A DNA stretch of 64,000 nucleotides from Patescibacteria group bacterium (GTDB lineage Bacteria > Patescibacteriota > Microgenomatia > Daviesbacterales > UBA10151). Within the stretch, counting starts at the first letter, position 1, and the number at the start of each line of letters is the position of its first letter. Shown in pieces: positions 9,216 to 18,520 of the stretch. The notes beneath the pieces are model-generated. The model worked only from the letters and a program-made list of their open reading frames with translations. It searched no databases and was not told the DNA's origin. The translations under genes were made by a program, and so were the position numbers. The stretch lies in contig JBBTSA010000010.1 in NCBI GenBank assembly GCA_038064895.1, positions 118,616 to 182,615 on the forward strand, read 5' to 3'.

Positions 9216-10257
9216 ATAGAACCCTTTGAGGTAGCTTTCCGTCTTCGTATTTGAAATTAAAATGTATAAAATAGTATTTCCAGTTTGGATTTACCAGGCA
9301 TTTCTTAAAAATTTCATCATCTGAAACTTTCCTGATTTTACTCTGTATAAGTTTTCTTTTCTCCAAAGTATTCTTTATATGAACCAAGTGCCAAAGATAG
9401 GCTTTTGGCAATGTTGCTGCTATATTGAATCTAAGCTTTATAATATTTACAAAAAACCAAAGAAGAAGCATTAAATTAAAATTGAAAAGCATTAGGAATA
9501 AATAGGGGGCGGATAAGTTTCTTAAGAAAGAGCTAATATGATTGCGGTGATTATAGTACCAAATCTGGGGATTGGCTCCTTTCATGGTTGCACTCCACAA
9601 ATGCCATAAATTAGCCCTAGGACAATAAACAACAGTATATCCTGCAAGCCATACTCTGTGCGACAGATCACTATCATCATAAAAATAGAAGAAATCCTCA
9701 TCAAAAAGTCCGCAAAGCCGCGCGGTTTCTTTTCTTATTAGGAAACCTGCTCCATTGCAACTAAAAATATAATATTTTTGTTGATAATTACCGTTGTCCT
9801 TATTTTGTAAAAGTCCGAAATGGTATAAAAAACCCGTATAGGTTATAAAACTTCCCACGTTATGCAAAAAATTTGGATTTTTCATCTGAATTATTTTAGG
9901 TGCAACAATACCTATTTTTTTATCATTTTCTATCATATTTACCATATAAGATATTGCCCTTTTTTCTATCTTTGTATCATTACTTAAAAGCATAATATAT
10001 TTACCTTTGCAAAATTTGAAACCGAAATTAAAGCCCCCGGTTAATCCCCTATTTACTTTTAATTTAACAATTTTTATTTTTGAGTGTGGAAATTTATCTT
10101 TAATGAACCCCGATATATCTTCGGAAGATCCATTATCTGAAACTATAAATTCTAAGTTTGGATAATCCGAATTTAAAACGCTTCTTAGACAATCATTCAG
10201 CAAATCTGTACGATCGTATGTTAATATTAGAATGGAAACCAAGGGATCTTTATGCAT
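9208..10257 (-). CDS. Glycosyltransferase family 2
   Basis: VSILILTYDRTDLLNDCLRSVLNSDYPNLEFIVSDNGSSEDI and YFYDDSDLS (acidic DXD-like). Confidence 0.75.
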   Translation of the reverse strand: MHKDPLVSILILTYDRTDLLNDCLRSVLNSDYPNLEFIVSDNGSSEDISGFIKDKFPHSKIKIVKLKVNRGLTGGFNFGFKFCKGKYIMLLSNDTKIEKRAISYMVNMIENDKKIGIVAPKIIQMKNPNFLHNVGSFITYTGFLYHFGLLQNKDNGNYQQKYYIFSCNGAGFLIRKETARLCGLFDEDFFYFYDDSDLSHRVWLAGYTVVYCPRANLWHLWSATMKGANPQIWYYNHRNHISSFLRNLSAPYLFLMLFNFNLMLLLWFFVNIIKLRFNIAATLPKAYLWHLVHIKNTLEKRKLIQSKIRKVSDDEIFKKCLVNPNWKYYFIHFNFKYEDGKLPQRVLYV

Positions 10258-12001
10258 TTTTTTTAACCAGTAAATAATTACTTAAAGCTAAGTATTTTAA
10301 ACCAGTAACTTTGAAAGTGTGCAAGGCATCTTCTGGACTACAAACAATTGGTTCCCCATGGTAGTTAAATGAAGTATTTAAAACTGCACCAATTCCGGTA
10401 AGTTCCTCAAAATATTTAATTAACCTCCAGTAGTGGGGGTTATCCTTTTTTGTAAGTATTTGAGGACGACATGTAAAATCGGCGGGGTGCACTGCCACAG
10501 CCAAATCTTTTCTTGCCTTCGCGGTGGTATCAAAACCTATCGCCATAAATGAAGCATTGATATTTTTGGGATTAACAATATATTCTTTTGCTCTCTCTGC
10601 TAAAATAGTTGCGGCAAAAGGCATCCAAAAATCCCTTGACTTAACCTGATCATTAAGCTCTAACTTTAAATCCACTCTACTGGGATCCATTAAAATTGAT
10701 CTGTTGCCCAAGGCTCTGGCTCCCCACTCCATCCTTCCTTTGAAACGTCCTACTATTTTCCCTTCTGCCAAAAGCCTGGCAATTTCTTTTTCAATATCAG
10801 AGTATTTTTTAACTTTATACTTTTTATTTTTTTCTTTAAAAATCAATCCTTCAATTTCTCTGTCTGAATATTCTGGTCCCAAATAAAGACTTTCTACATT
10901 ATTAGCATTTAATCCACCCTGAAGTTGAAAACCATAATATGCTCCACCAAAAGGTGCTGATTCGTCTGAAGCTGATGGACAAACAACCAAATTTTCGACT
11001 TCTGAAATTTCTGAAATTTTTTTATTGGCTTTAACATTCATGAAAAATCCTCCTGAAACAACTACATTTTTAATACCTGTTCTTTTAATTGCTTTTTTTA
11101 CCAGCTCAACTACCAACTGCTCTACAAAAATTTGTGCCGCTGCTGCCACTCCATCAAATCTTTTATGAATTAGAAACTTATCAAAGTAATATAAGTATGA
11201 ACCTGATGGATATTTAGAATGAATCATTAAATCATCATCAATCCAAAATAAATCTTTAAGAAGTGGGTAAACCTTACTAGTTTCATATTGAGACACATAA
11301 GGCGCAAGACCCATCACTTTATATTCATGCTCATTCATCTTCATTCCAAGAAAATGAGTGATTAAACCGAAGAAAGTAGCAATAGAATTACCTCCCAACG
11401 TTGCTGCAATTTTTTTCCACTTCCCTTTTTCTACTGTCCAAACTGTGCCACATAAGCTATCACCCTCACCATCTAAGGTAATAACTAGTTGATTTTTTTG
11501 TTGATCCTTCAATGGAACAAAGCCATAATAGGCTGCATAAGCGTGACAAAGATGGTGATTGGCAAAAACAATTTTTTTTCCATCAATCCCTAAAAATTTG
11601 GCCATGTTAACCCTAAACTGTATCTTAAATATTGGAGCCAATATATATTTGGATAAAAAAATGTAACAGTCTTTAAGAAAAAAACCAAGGCTAGGAAATT
11701 GAAAAGTTAGTTTTTTTAAGTATTTTGAAGGGTATAAAATAGTATCCATCAACTTTTGACTTTTTGTTTCACCATAAGGATTCACATATCCTTCAGGATG
11801 TTCATAAATACGGACAAATAAATCTACATCTTTAGCACTTATGCCTACTTGTTCCAAACAGTAATTGATGGCTTGTGTAGGAAAAACATCGGCATTTTTT
11901 ATTCGATTAAATCTTTCTTCTGAAACGGATGCTAAAATCTCCCCATCCTTTAAGATGCATGCAGTCGCATTATGTCCTTTATAAAATCCAATGGTAATCA
12001 T
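10250..12001 (-). CDS. Carbamoyltransferase, NodU/CmcH/TobZ family (O-carbamoylation of a sugar)
   Basis: N-terminal ITIGFYKGHNATACILKDGEILASVSEERFNRIKN is the signature Carbam_trans_N block. Length 580-596 aa fits. The tabulated start at 12040 overlaps the divergent gene; the ATG giving MITIGFY (about 12001) is more likely. Confidence 0.8.
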   Translation of the reverse strand: MITIGFYKGHNATACILKDGEILASVSEERFNRIKNADVFPTQAINYCLEQVGISAKDVDLFVRIYEHPEGYVNPYGETKSQKLMDTILYPSKYLKKLTFQFPSLGFFLKDCYIFLSKYILAPIFKIQFRVNMAKFLGIDGKKIVFANHHLCHAYAAYYGFVPLKDQQKNQLVITLDGEGDSLCGTVWTVEKGKWKKIAATLGGNSIATFFGLITHFLGMKMNEHEYKVMGLAPYVSQYETSKVYPLLKDLFWIDDDLMIHSKYPSGSYLYYFDKFLIHKRFDGVAAAAQIFVEQLVVELVKKAIKRTGIKNVVVSGGFFMNVKANKKISEISEVENLVVCPSASDESAPFGGAYYGFQLQGGLNANNVESLYLGPEYSDREIEGLIFKEKNKKYKVKKYSDIEKEIARLLAEGKIVGRFKGRMEWGARALGNRSILMDPSRVDLKLELNDQVKSRDFWMPFAATILAERAKEYIVNPKNINASFMAIGFDTTAKARKDLAVAVHPADFTCRPQILTKKDNPHYWRLIKYFEELTGIGAVLNTSFNYHGEPIVCSPEDALHTFKVTGLKYLALSNYLLVKKNA

Positions 12002-12032
12002 TATAAATTTGGAATATAATATCACTACATTT

Positions 12033-12644
12033 ATGATCAAAGCAATTGTATTTGATTTGGATGGGGTATTAATAGATGCAACACAGTGGCACTATCAGGC
12101 ATTAAATGATGCTTTGAAACTCTTCGGGTTTGAAATAGGGTTAGAAGAGCATCTTAGCACATACAATGCCTTACCAACTGTTGAAAAATTAAAGCTCATG
12201 TCTGAAAGGAAGGGATTACCGTTGGGACTGCATGAAATGATAAAAATTTTGAAAAGGAGATTCACAGATAGAAAGGTCGAACAACTCTGTAGTCCCGATC
12301 ACCAAAAACAAATTATGCTCTCGCATCTTAAAAAAAAGGGTTACAAATTGCTGTGTTGCAGCAACTCTCAAAAATATTCAGTAATGAATATGATTAAATC
12401 TGCTGGCATAGCTGATTATTTTGATCTTATTTTAGGAAATGATGAAGGGTTTAAACCAAAACCTAATCCGGATATATATCTGGCGGCATTCAAAAAATTA
12501 AAAATTAATCCGGAAGAAGCATTAATAATAGAAGATGCAACTCATGGTATTGAAGCTGCAAAGCGCTCTGGAGCAAGAGTTTTTGCTGTTAGAGGATTTG
12601 AAGATGTCAATTTATCACTTTTTCTAGACTTAAATTTAATATAA
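12033..12644 (+). CDS. HAD-superfamily hydrolase, subfamily IA (phosphatase or beta-phosphoglucomutase-like)
   Basis: MIKAIVFDLDGVLIDATQWH (HAD motif I DxDGV), CCSNS (motif II Ser/Thr), K...IIEDATHGIEAAKRSGA (motifs III/IV). The track start at 11991 is probably too far upstream; the likely start is MIKAIVF at about 12033. Confidence 0.8.
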   Translation: MIKAIVFDLDGVLIDATQWHYQALNDALKLFGFEIGLEEHLSTYNALPTVEKLKLMSERKGLPLGLHEMIKILKRRFTDRKVEQLCSPDHQKQIMLSHLKKKGYKLLCCSNSQKYSVMNMIKSAGIADYFDLILGNDEGFKPKPNPDIYLAAFKKLKINPEEALIIEDATHGIEAAKRSGARVFAVRGFEDVNLSLFLDLNLI

Positions 12645-13406
12645 ATGGCTAAATCAAATTCAGATCAAATAAACATTGTCATACCGATGTCAGGAGAAGG
12701 TAAAAGCTTCATCCAAGCAGGCTATACTTTTCCAAAACCTTTAATAGACATTAATGGAAAACCGATGGTTCAAATAGTTCTTGAAAATCTTACGCCTAAA
12801 TATAAACATAAATTTATATTAGTCTGCAAAAAGGAACATTTTGATAAGTATTCTATGCATCAAGTATTTGTTAATTCTATCAAGGGAGATTTTATAACCA
12901 TCCCACTAATTTCATCTACACAAGGAGCACTTTGTAGTGTACTTAATGCAGTTGATCAAATCAGTAGTAATCAAGAATTAGTTATTGCTAATGCCGATCA
13001 AATTATTGATATAGATATTAATAAATTTATTGACTTTGCAAGAAAATCAAAAGCCGATGGAGTGATTATGACCTTTAAATCTCATCATCCTCGTTGGAGT
13101 TATGCGAGAGTGGATGAAAAAGGTATTATTTTAGAGACAGCGGAGAAAAAAGTTATATCTGATCAGGCCACTGTTGGGATATATTATTTTAAAGCAGGTA
13201 GCTCATTTATGAAAGCGGCATTTTCTATGATAGAAAAAAATATCCGCTTTAATAATGATTTTTATGTTTGTCCTGTCTATAATGAACTAATTTTAGAAGG
13301 CAAAAAAATTATTAAGTGGGAGATAAAAGATGTACAAATGCACGGACTCGGAACTCCTGAAGATTTAAACAGTTATTTAAATTTAGCGTCTAAAAAACGG
13401 AAATGA
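12645..13406 (+). CDS. Sugar-1-phosphate nucleotidyltransferase-like (short-form NTP_transferase, GT-A fold), paralog 1
   Basis: IVIPMSGEGKSF (degenerate G-x-G-x-R/K loop), KPLIDINGKPMV, and C-terminal W.I.DVQMHGLGTPEDL (WxDxGT-like). Tandem with its paralog 13403..14173 with a 4 nt overlap. Confidence 0.6.
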   Translation: MAKSNSDQINIVIPMSGEGKSFIQAGYTFPKPLIDINGKPMVQIVLENLTPKYKHKFILVCKKEHFDKYSMHQVFVNSIKGDFITIPLISSTQGALCSVLNAVDQISSNQELVIANADQIIDIDINKFIDFARKSKADGVIMTFKSHHPRWSYARVDEKGIILETAEKKVISDQATVGIYYFKAGSSFMKAAFSMIEKNIRFNNDFYVCPVYNELILEGKKIIKWEIKDVQMHGLGTPEDLNSYLNLASKKRK

Positions 13407-14173
13407 AAGTTGTGGTACCAATGGCAGGAAAAGGATCAAGGTTTTCAGATGCTGCTCATTTAAATTCGGAGTATAAAAAACCAAAACCTTTAATTAGTAT
13501 TAAAGGAAAACCAATGATTGTTTGGGCAATTGAATCTTTAAAAAAGTTTAACCCTAAGCCGCAAGATCTTATTTTTATCTGCAGACAGGATCATGAAGAC
13601 GATTTCCAAATATCTCGCTCTCTAAAAGATCTTTTTGGCGATCAAATTAAAATAGTGCTTATTGCTCAAATCACAAAAGGTGCTGCAGAAACGGTTTTAA
13701 AAGCCAAAGAATATATTAGCTCTGATGAAGATATTATTGTTTCTGATTCTGATCACTATTTTGACGGGAGCTTTCTATACAATAAAGTTTCCGGCAAGGA
13801 TTCAGAAACTGAAGGGGTAATACCGGTTTTTAAACCCCCTGATAAAGACCCAAAATGGAGTTTTTCGTTGGTTGAAAAGGGTGATACAGTTACAGCGGTT
13901 GGAGAAAAAGATAAGGAACTTGCTGCAAAGGGAGCTTATGCAAATATCGGGGGTTATTATTTTACTCATGGAAATGTTTTTGTCAAAGAAGTAGAAGGGG
14001 CAATTTTAGAAAATGATTTAACAGGAGATGAAGGGAAAAAAGAATTTTATGTTGCACCAATCTATCAAAGATTAATCAGTAAGGGAAAGAAGATAATTGC
14101 TGCTATTACTCCAAATGTCTGGGGCCTGGGTACCCCCAAGGATGTTGAATATTTTGAAACCAATTTTAAGTAA
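13403..14173 (+). CDS. Sugar-1-phosphate nucleotidyltransferase (short form), paralog 2
   Basis: VVVPMAGKGSRF (canonical GxGxR signature), KPLISIKGKPMIVWAIESL, C-terminal VWGLGTPKDVEYF. Confidence 0.7.
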   Translation: MKVVVPMAGKGSRFSDAAHLNSEYKKPKPLISIKGKPMIVWAIESLKKFNPKPQDLIFICRQDHEDDFQISRSLKDLFGDQIKIVLIAQITKGAAETVLKAKEYISSDEDIIVSDSDHYFDGSFLYNKVSGKDSETEGVIPVFKPPDKDPKWSFSLVEKGDTVTAVGEKDKELAAKGAYANIGGYYFTHGNVFVKEVEGAILENDLTGDEGKKEFYVAPIYQRLISKGKKIIAAITPNVWGLGTPKDVEYFETNFK

Positions 14174-14178
14174 TTAGT

Positions 14179-14592
14179 ATGTACCGTTTAACCAAAAATG
14201 AAAATTCGTATAAAAAGTATCTAATGGGTGAGAAGGGTTGCTATTTTTGTAAACCAGAACCAAAAGTAGTAGTTTTAAAAACAAAAAACTTTTATATAAG
14301 CAAAAATAATTTTCCTTATGATTTTTGGGATGGCCAAAAAGTTATCAAACATTTGCTGGTTGTATCAAAAAAACATTCTTCTATTTCGAGTTCCAAAGAC
14401 AGCAGTTTACTCTTTGAGTATAACCGGTTAATAAATAAATATTCTAATAGGGGATTTGATATTTATACCAGAACTCCTAACTCCCCTTCCAGATCCCAAA
14501 GCCATTTTCATACACATTTAATTAAAACAGATGGGAAAAAACTTAAAAAACTTATTTACAACTTAGAACCATACAGATTATTAGTTGAATAA
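14179..14592 (+). CDS. HIT-family (histidine triad) nucleotide hydrolase/transferase
   Basis: HINT-like CYFCKP near the N-terminus and the histidine triad HFHTHLI near the C-terminus. Confidence 0.65.
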   Translation: MYRLTKNENSYKKYLMGEKGCYFCKPEPKVVVLKTKNFYISKNNFPYDFWDGQKVIKHLLVVSKKHSSISSSKDSSLLFEYNRLINKYSNRGFDIYTRTPNSPSRSQSHFHTHLIKTDGKKLKKLIYNLEPYRLLVE

Positions 14593-14593
14593 A

Positions 14594-15523
14594 TTATCTG
14601 AAGCCTTGATAATCTCTATATCTTCTGTAGACTGCTTCTCTAACATCATCATAAACCACAGCATTAGTTCCGATTGCGATTTGAGTTGATTCTGTTACCG
14701 GTTTTCCAAACCTATCAGTGAATCTCCCTCCAGCTTCTATAATGGCTAAACCACCTGCAGCTAAATCAAAAAATCCTCCAACTGCATCGGTTAAAGTAGC
14801 TTCAGCCCTACCAGCTGCTACTTTTAGCTGTTGATCAATATTACTTCCGCTCATCCTAAAACCAATATTATGACCAGAACTTCTCTCTAGCGCCTTCATA
14901 AAGTTATGCTTTCTGGATGAATTTTTATCGTTAAATAGCGCATCAACATATACAATGCCACCTTCCAAACCCTGTTTTGATACTTCAAGTTGCCTCTCAT
15001 AATGTAAGTCAGTTAAAAATTCACTATCAATCCAAAAAAGATGAGTACCCTTACCTATCTGTGCCACTACCAGCTCTTTTTCAAACGGATGGTAAATTGC
15101 TGCCGCGAATGGTTTATTCCCTTCGTACACAGCATTTCCTACAGTTGAATATCTTTGTCCTCTAGCATAGCTGGAGGTTCCATCCAGAGGATCAAAATGG
15201 TAAGAGTTCCCATCGCTTCCCTCCTCATCTCCTGTTTCTTCCTCATTAATTCTACTTTTAGGAAATTTATTTCTAATAACTTCTTTACCTATTCTACCTG
15301 ATTCCATATCGGCTACAGTTCTAGGTGTATTACCTGCCTCGGCTTTATAGACTGTTTGTAAAACTTCTGGAGATGCTCCATATATCTCTAAAACTTTTTC
15401 ACCTCCCAAAACTACAGCTGCTGCAGCTGTAGTTAAACGTGGATCGGATAGACCATTTGCTTGTAATCTCTCATGAACCACATCTATAGTTTTTCTAGCT
15501 TCAATACCTAATTCTTTTGACAT
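14594..15523 (-). CDS. Inositol monophosphatase / FBPase / CysQ-family phosphatase
   Basis: HFDPLDGTSSY (DPxDGT metal-binding motif), WIDSEF, and C-terminal GG..DLAAG. Convergent with the HIT gene with a 1 nt gap. Confidence 0.75.
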   Translation of the reverse strand: MSKELGIEARKTIDVVHERLQANGLSDPRLTTAAAAVVLGGEKVLEIYGASPEVLQTVYKAEAGNTPRTVADMESGRIGKEVIRNKFPKSRINEEETGDEEGSDGNSYHFDPLDGTSSYARGQRYSTVGNAVYEGNKPFAAAIYHPFEKELVVAQIGKGTHLFWIDSEFLTDLHYERQLEVSKQGLEGGIVYVDALFNDKNSSRKHNFMKALERSSGHNIGFRMSGSNIDQQLKVAAGRAEATLTDAVGGFFDLAAGGLAIIEAGGRFTDRFGKPVTESTQIAIGTNAVVYDDVREAVYRRYRDYQGFR

Positions 15524-15556
15524 AGCGGAAATATTATCATATCTTGGTCTATAATT

Positions 15557-16429
15557 TCAACTATAGGATTCTAATTCTTTTTTCATTAAATTTAATCCCT
15601 GGATAATACTTAAGGGTTTTATACCTAACTGCTTTTCCATTTTTGAAGTATTAAAACAAGTATTTTTTGGTCTCTTTGCGATATTTTTAAAAAAGTCACT
15701 TGTGACAGGGGATATAAGTGATTGGTCCAGACCAAAAACTTCTGCAACTTTTAAAGCTAAATCATATCTACTTATACAATCTGCTCCTGCAATGTTATAT
15801 ACCCCACTTATATTTTCCCTGATAACTTCCCATAAGGCTTCCGCTGCCTGTCCTGCCCACAAATGATTATTATAAATATCATTTACAACATTTATCCTTT
15901 GCTCTCTTTTTAAATTATCAATCATCCATGTTACTGGATTTTGCCTTCCACCTTTTTGCGGCCATCCATACATTGTTATGAGTCTTAAAATTACATATTT
16001 TAAATCGCTTTTTATAATTAACTTTTCCCCCTCAACCTTTGTTTTACCATAAATATCTACAGGATTAGGAATTTTTTTTTCATCATAGGGAGCGCTATCA
16101 CCATCATAAATTGCATTTGAAGACAAAAATATTATTTTAGCATTTATTTTTTTTGCTGCCTCTATGATATTGCGTGTACCCTCTACATTAACTGCATAAG
16201 CTTCATCAGGGTGTTTTTCGCAATAATCAACGTTTCCCGCCGATGCGGCGTGAACTATTATTCGGGGATTTAGATCATTCACAAAATCTAATACTTTTTT
16301 TTTATCACTGATATTAAAATCTTTACTGCTAACTCCAGTTATTTCAAAGTTGAGATCTCCGCCTTTTAAAAAATACCCTCCTAAAAGTCCCGTAATCCCG
16401 GTAAAAACAATTCTGGGAGATGATTTCAT
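15557..16429 (-). CDS. dTDP-4-dehydrorhamnose reductase-like (RmlD family) NAD(P)-dependent sugar reductase
   Basis: About 290 aa. N-terminal IVFTGITGLLG Rossmann motif and the YGKTKVEGE catalytic YxxxK, in the RmlD arrangement. Confidence 0.65.
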   Translation of the reverse strand: MKSSPRIVFTGITGLLGGYFLKGGDLNFEITGVSSKDFNISDKKKVLDFVNDLNPRIIVHAASAGNVDYCEKHPDEAYAVNVEGTRNIIEAAKKINAKIIFLSSNAIYDGDSAPYDEKKIPNPVDIYGKTKVEGEKLIIKSDLKYVILRLITMYGWPQKGGRQNPVTWMIDNLKREQRINVVNDIYNNHLWAGQAAEALWEVIRENISGVYNIAGADCISRYDLALKVAEVFGLDQSLISPVTSDFFKNIAKRPKNTCFNTSKMEKQLGIKPLSIIQGLNLMKKELESYS

Positions 16430-16436
16430 GAAGCGA

Positions 16437-17462
16437 TTATATCACCTTTTTGGCAGCCCAAGAGATAACAGCCCATGAATAAACAATTAAATAACTAAAA
16501 CAAAGTAGCGGATGTAAAAACCAAGCTGGGTCTCTTACCTTTATATAACCTCTGATGGCGTCAAAGGTTGGCTTGATAAACGTCAAGGAATAAATTATGT
16601 ACTTTATAAGATTTAAAGTATCAGTTTCCGGAACAAAAACTGCATATCTTCTCTTGCTGATCCTTTCAAAGTACTGGGTTTCCATAATATGTTTCCTTCT
16701 TATTAGAAACTTCACAAAATATGAAATCTTTGTTCTTTTAAAATGGATAATATCATCTTTGACAATTGCATATTTATTAAACCCTCTTTGGATTAAATCG
16801 TAGTTTACATCTGTATGGAAGAAATTTTTCGGGTCGGATTTTGCAAACTTAAGAAGTTTTCTTCTTAAAATAAATCCATTTGCACCAATGACCGGGATCC
16901 TTTTTTCTGTAAATTTCACAAGATAATAATCACCACAGTCAGTGCTTTCTCCTAACAAGTTGTAACTATCAAATGCATAAGAAAGTTTAGAGTCCTTCCC
17001 CAGATAATATGGTACCGGGTCAACCCCTCCTAAAAGGGCAAAGTACCTATCTAAAATATTATCCTTAGGGTCCCAGTGAAACCTTAAGGTTTCGGAACCG
17101 GTTATTTCAGAATTTTCCATCAAAGGTTTAACCATATTTTTTAACCAATTTTTGTGAGGGAGTACATTGTCGGCATCAATAAAAAGTACCAGTTCCTTTT
17201 TTGCATGCAGTGCCCCAATCCCCTTATTGTATTCTGCTTCCTGATCCCAGGGAGGAACTTTATAAAGTCTAACCTTAAATTTTTTTATAATATCAAGAGT
17301 GGAATCTTTTGAACCACCATCCACAATGATTACTTCAATTTTACCTTTAGGGTAATTTTGAGAAAAAACACTCACTAGACATTCTTCAAGTGACTGCGAA
17401 GAATAAAATGTTGCTATTACACAAGAGATGGTAGGTAATTTATTGCTCATTATGTGTATCAT
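16437..17462 (-). CDS. Glycosyltransferase family 2
   Basis: ISCVIATFYSSQSLEECLVSVFSQNYPKGKIEVIIVDGGSKDSTLDI and FIDADNVLP (DXD). Confidence 0.75.
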   Translation of the reverse strand: MIHIMSNKLPTISCVIATFYSSQSLEECLVSVFSQNYPKGKIEVIIVDGGSKDSTLDIIKKFKVRLYKVPPWDQEAEYNKGIGALHAKKELVLFIDADNVLPHKNWLKNMVKPLMENSEITGSETLRFHWDPKDNILDRYFALLGGVDPVPYYLGKDSKLSYAFDSYNLLGESTDCGDYYLVKFTEKRIPVIGANGFILRRKLLKFAKSDPKNFFHTDVNYDLIQRGFNKYAIVKDDIIHFKRTKISYFVKFLIRRKHIMETQYFERISKRRYAVFVPETDTLNLIKYIIYSLTFIKPTFDAIRGYIKVRDPAWFLHPLLCFSYLIVYSWAVISWAAKKVI

Positions 17463-17512
17463 TTAACTATTTTAAATGTTATTTGTAAAGTTTTTTCGTG
17501 TATAATTCCGAT

Positions 17513-18520
17513 ATGAATCTAAATTTAGGAATTGTTGGCCTTGGATATTGGGGGCCAAATTATGCAAGGGTAATAAGTCAGCTGGAAGATGTGGCTCTTA
17601 TATGGTGCTGCGATACTAATAATGTTGCATTGTCTAAATTTTCAAAACTTTATCCTAATATAAGGACTACCAACAACATAGATTTACTGCTAAATGACAG
17701 TAATCTAAATTGTGTAATAATAGTAATTCCTGCACAGGGTCATTTTAGGGTAGCAAAACAATTTTTACAAAAAGGTAAGGATGTTCTGCTGGAAAAGCCG
17801 CTTACTGATAATTTGAAGGAGGCAAAAGAGTTGGTTGATCTTGCCCAAAAGAAAAAAAGAGTACTAATGGTGGATCATACTTTTATTTTTAATGCTGCGA
17901 TAAGAAAATTAAAAGAGTTAATTTATAGTCAAGAACTGGGAAAAGTATATTACATCTATGGTAATTATAATGCATTAGGGCCTATTAGAAGAGATATTTC
18001 TTCTATGTGGGATTTACCTCATTTTATCTATGTAGTAAATTTTCTTCTGGGTACTACTCCGCTCTGGGTACAGGCAGCTGGAAAAGATTATTTACAAAAA
18101 AAAATGGAGGACGTAGTGTTCTTAACCTTTGAATATCCAGGAGATATTTTGTTTAATCTAAATTGTTCTTGGATAGACCCTGTTAAGGTAAGAAGGCTGG
18201 TAGTAGTTGGAGAGAGAAAAATGGTTGTTTTTGATGATATGGAACCTGAAGAAAAGCTTAAGATATATAATAAGGGAGTTGATTTATCTGATGACCCTAA
18301 TTTTGCCGATTTGCAGCTGATAGTAAGACACGGTGATACATTAATTCCCAAGCTGGAACCAGAAGAACCTTTGAAGGAAGTAACTAAAAATTTTATAAAA
18401 AGTATTCAAACAAGAAACAATAATATTGCCAATGGTGATGATGGGCTAAGTTTGGTTCGAATATTACATTATGCTCAAAGTTCTTTAAGAAAACAGGGTA
18501 AAAGGATAAAAATACGGTGA
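17513..18520 (+). CDS. Gfo/Idh/MocA-family NAD-dependent oxidoreductase, WbpB/WlbA-like (UDP-sugar 3-dehydrogenase candidate)
   Basis: MNLNLGIVGLGYWGPNYARV Rossmann start and EKP motif (LLEKPLT). Paralog of 27847..28869. The track start at 17498 is GTG; the ATG at 17513 is preceded by TATAAT at 17501-17506. Confidence 0.7.
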   Translation: MNLNLGIVGLGYWGPNYARVISQLEDVALIWCCDTNNVALSKFSKLYPNIRTTNNIDLLLNDSNLNCVIIVIPAQGHFRVAKQFLQKGKDVLLEKPLTDNLKEAKELVDLAQKKKRVLMVDHTFIFNAAIRKLKELIYSQELGKVYYIYGNYNALGPIRRDISSMWDLPHFIYVVNFLLGTTPLWVQAAGKDYLQKKMEDVVFLTFEYPGDILFNLNCSWIDPVKVRRLVVVGERKMVVFDDMEPEEKLKIYNKGVDLSDDPNFADLQLIVRHGDTLIPKLEPEEPLKEVTKNFIKSIQTRNNNIANGDDGLSLVRILHYAQSSLRKQGKRIKIR

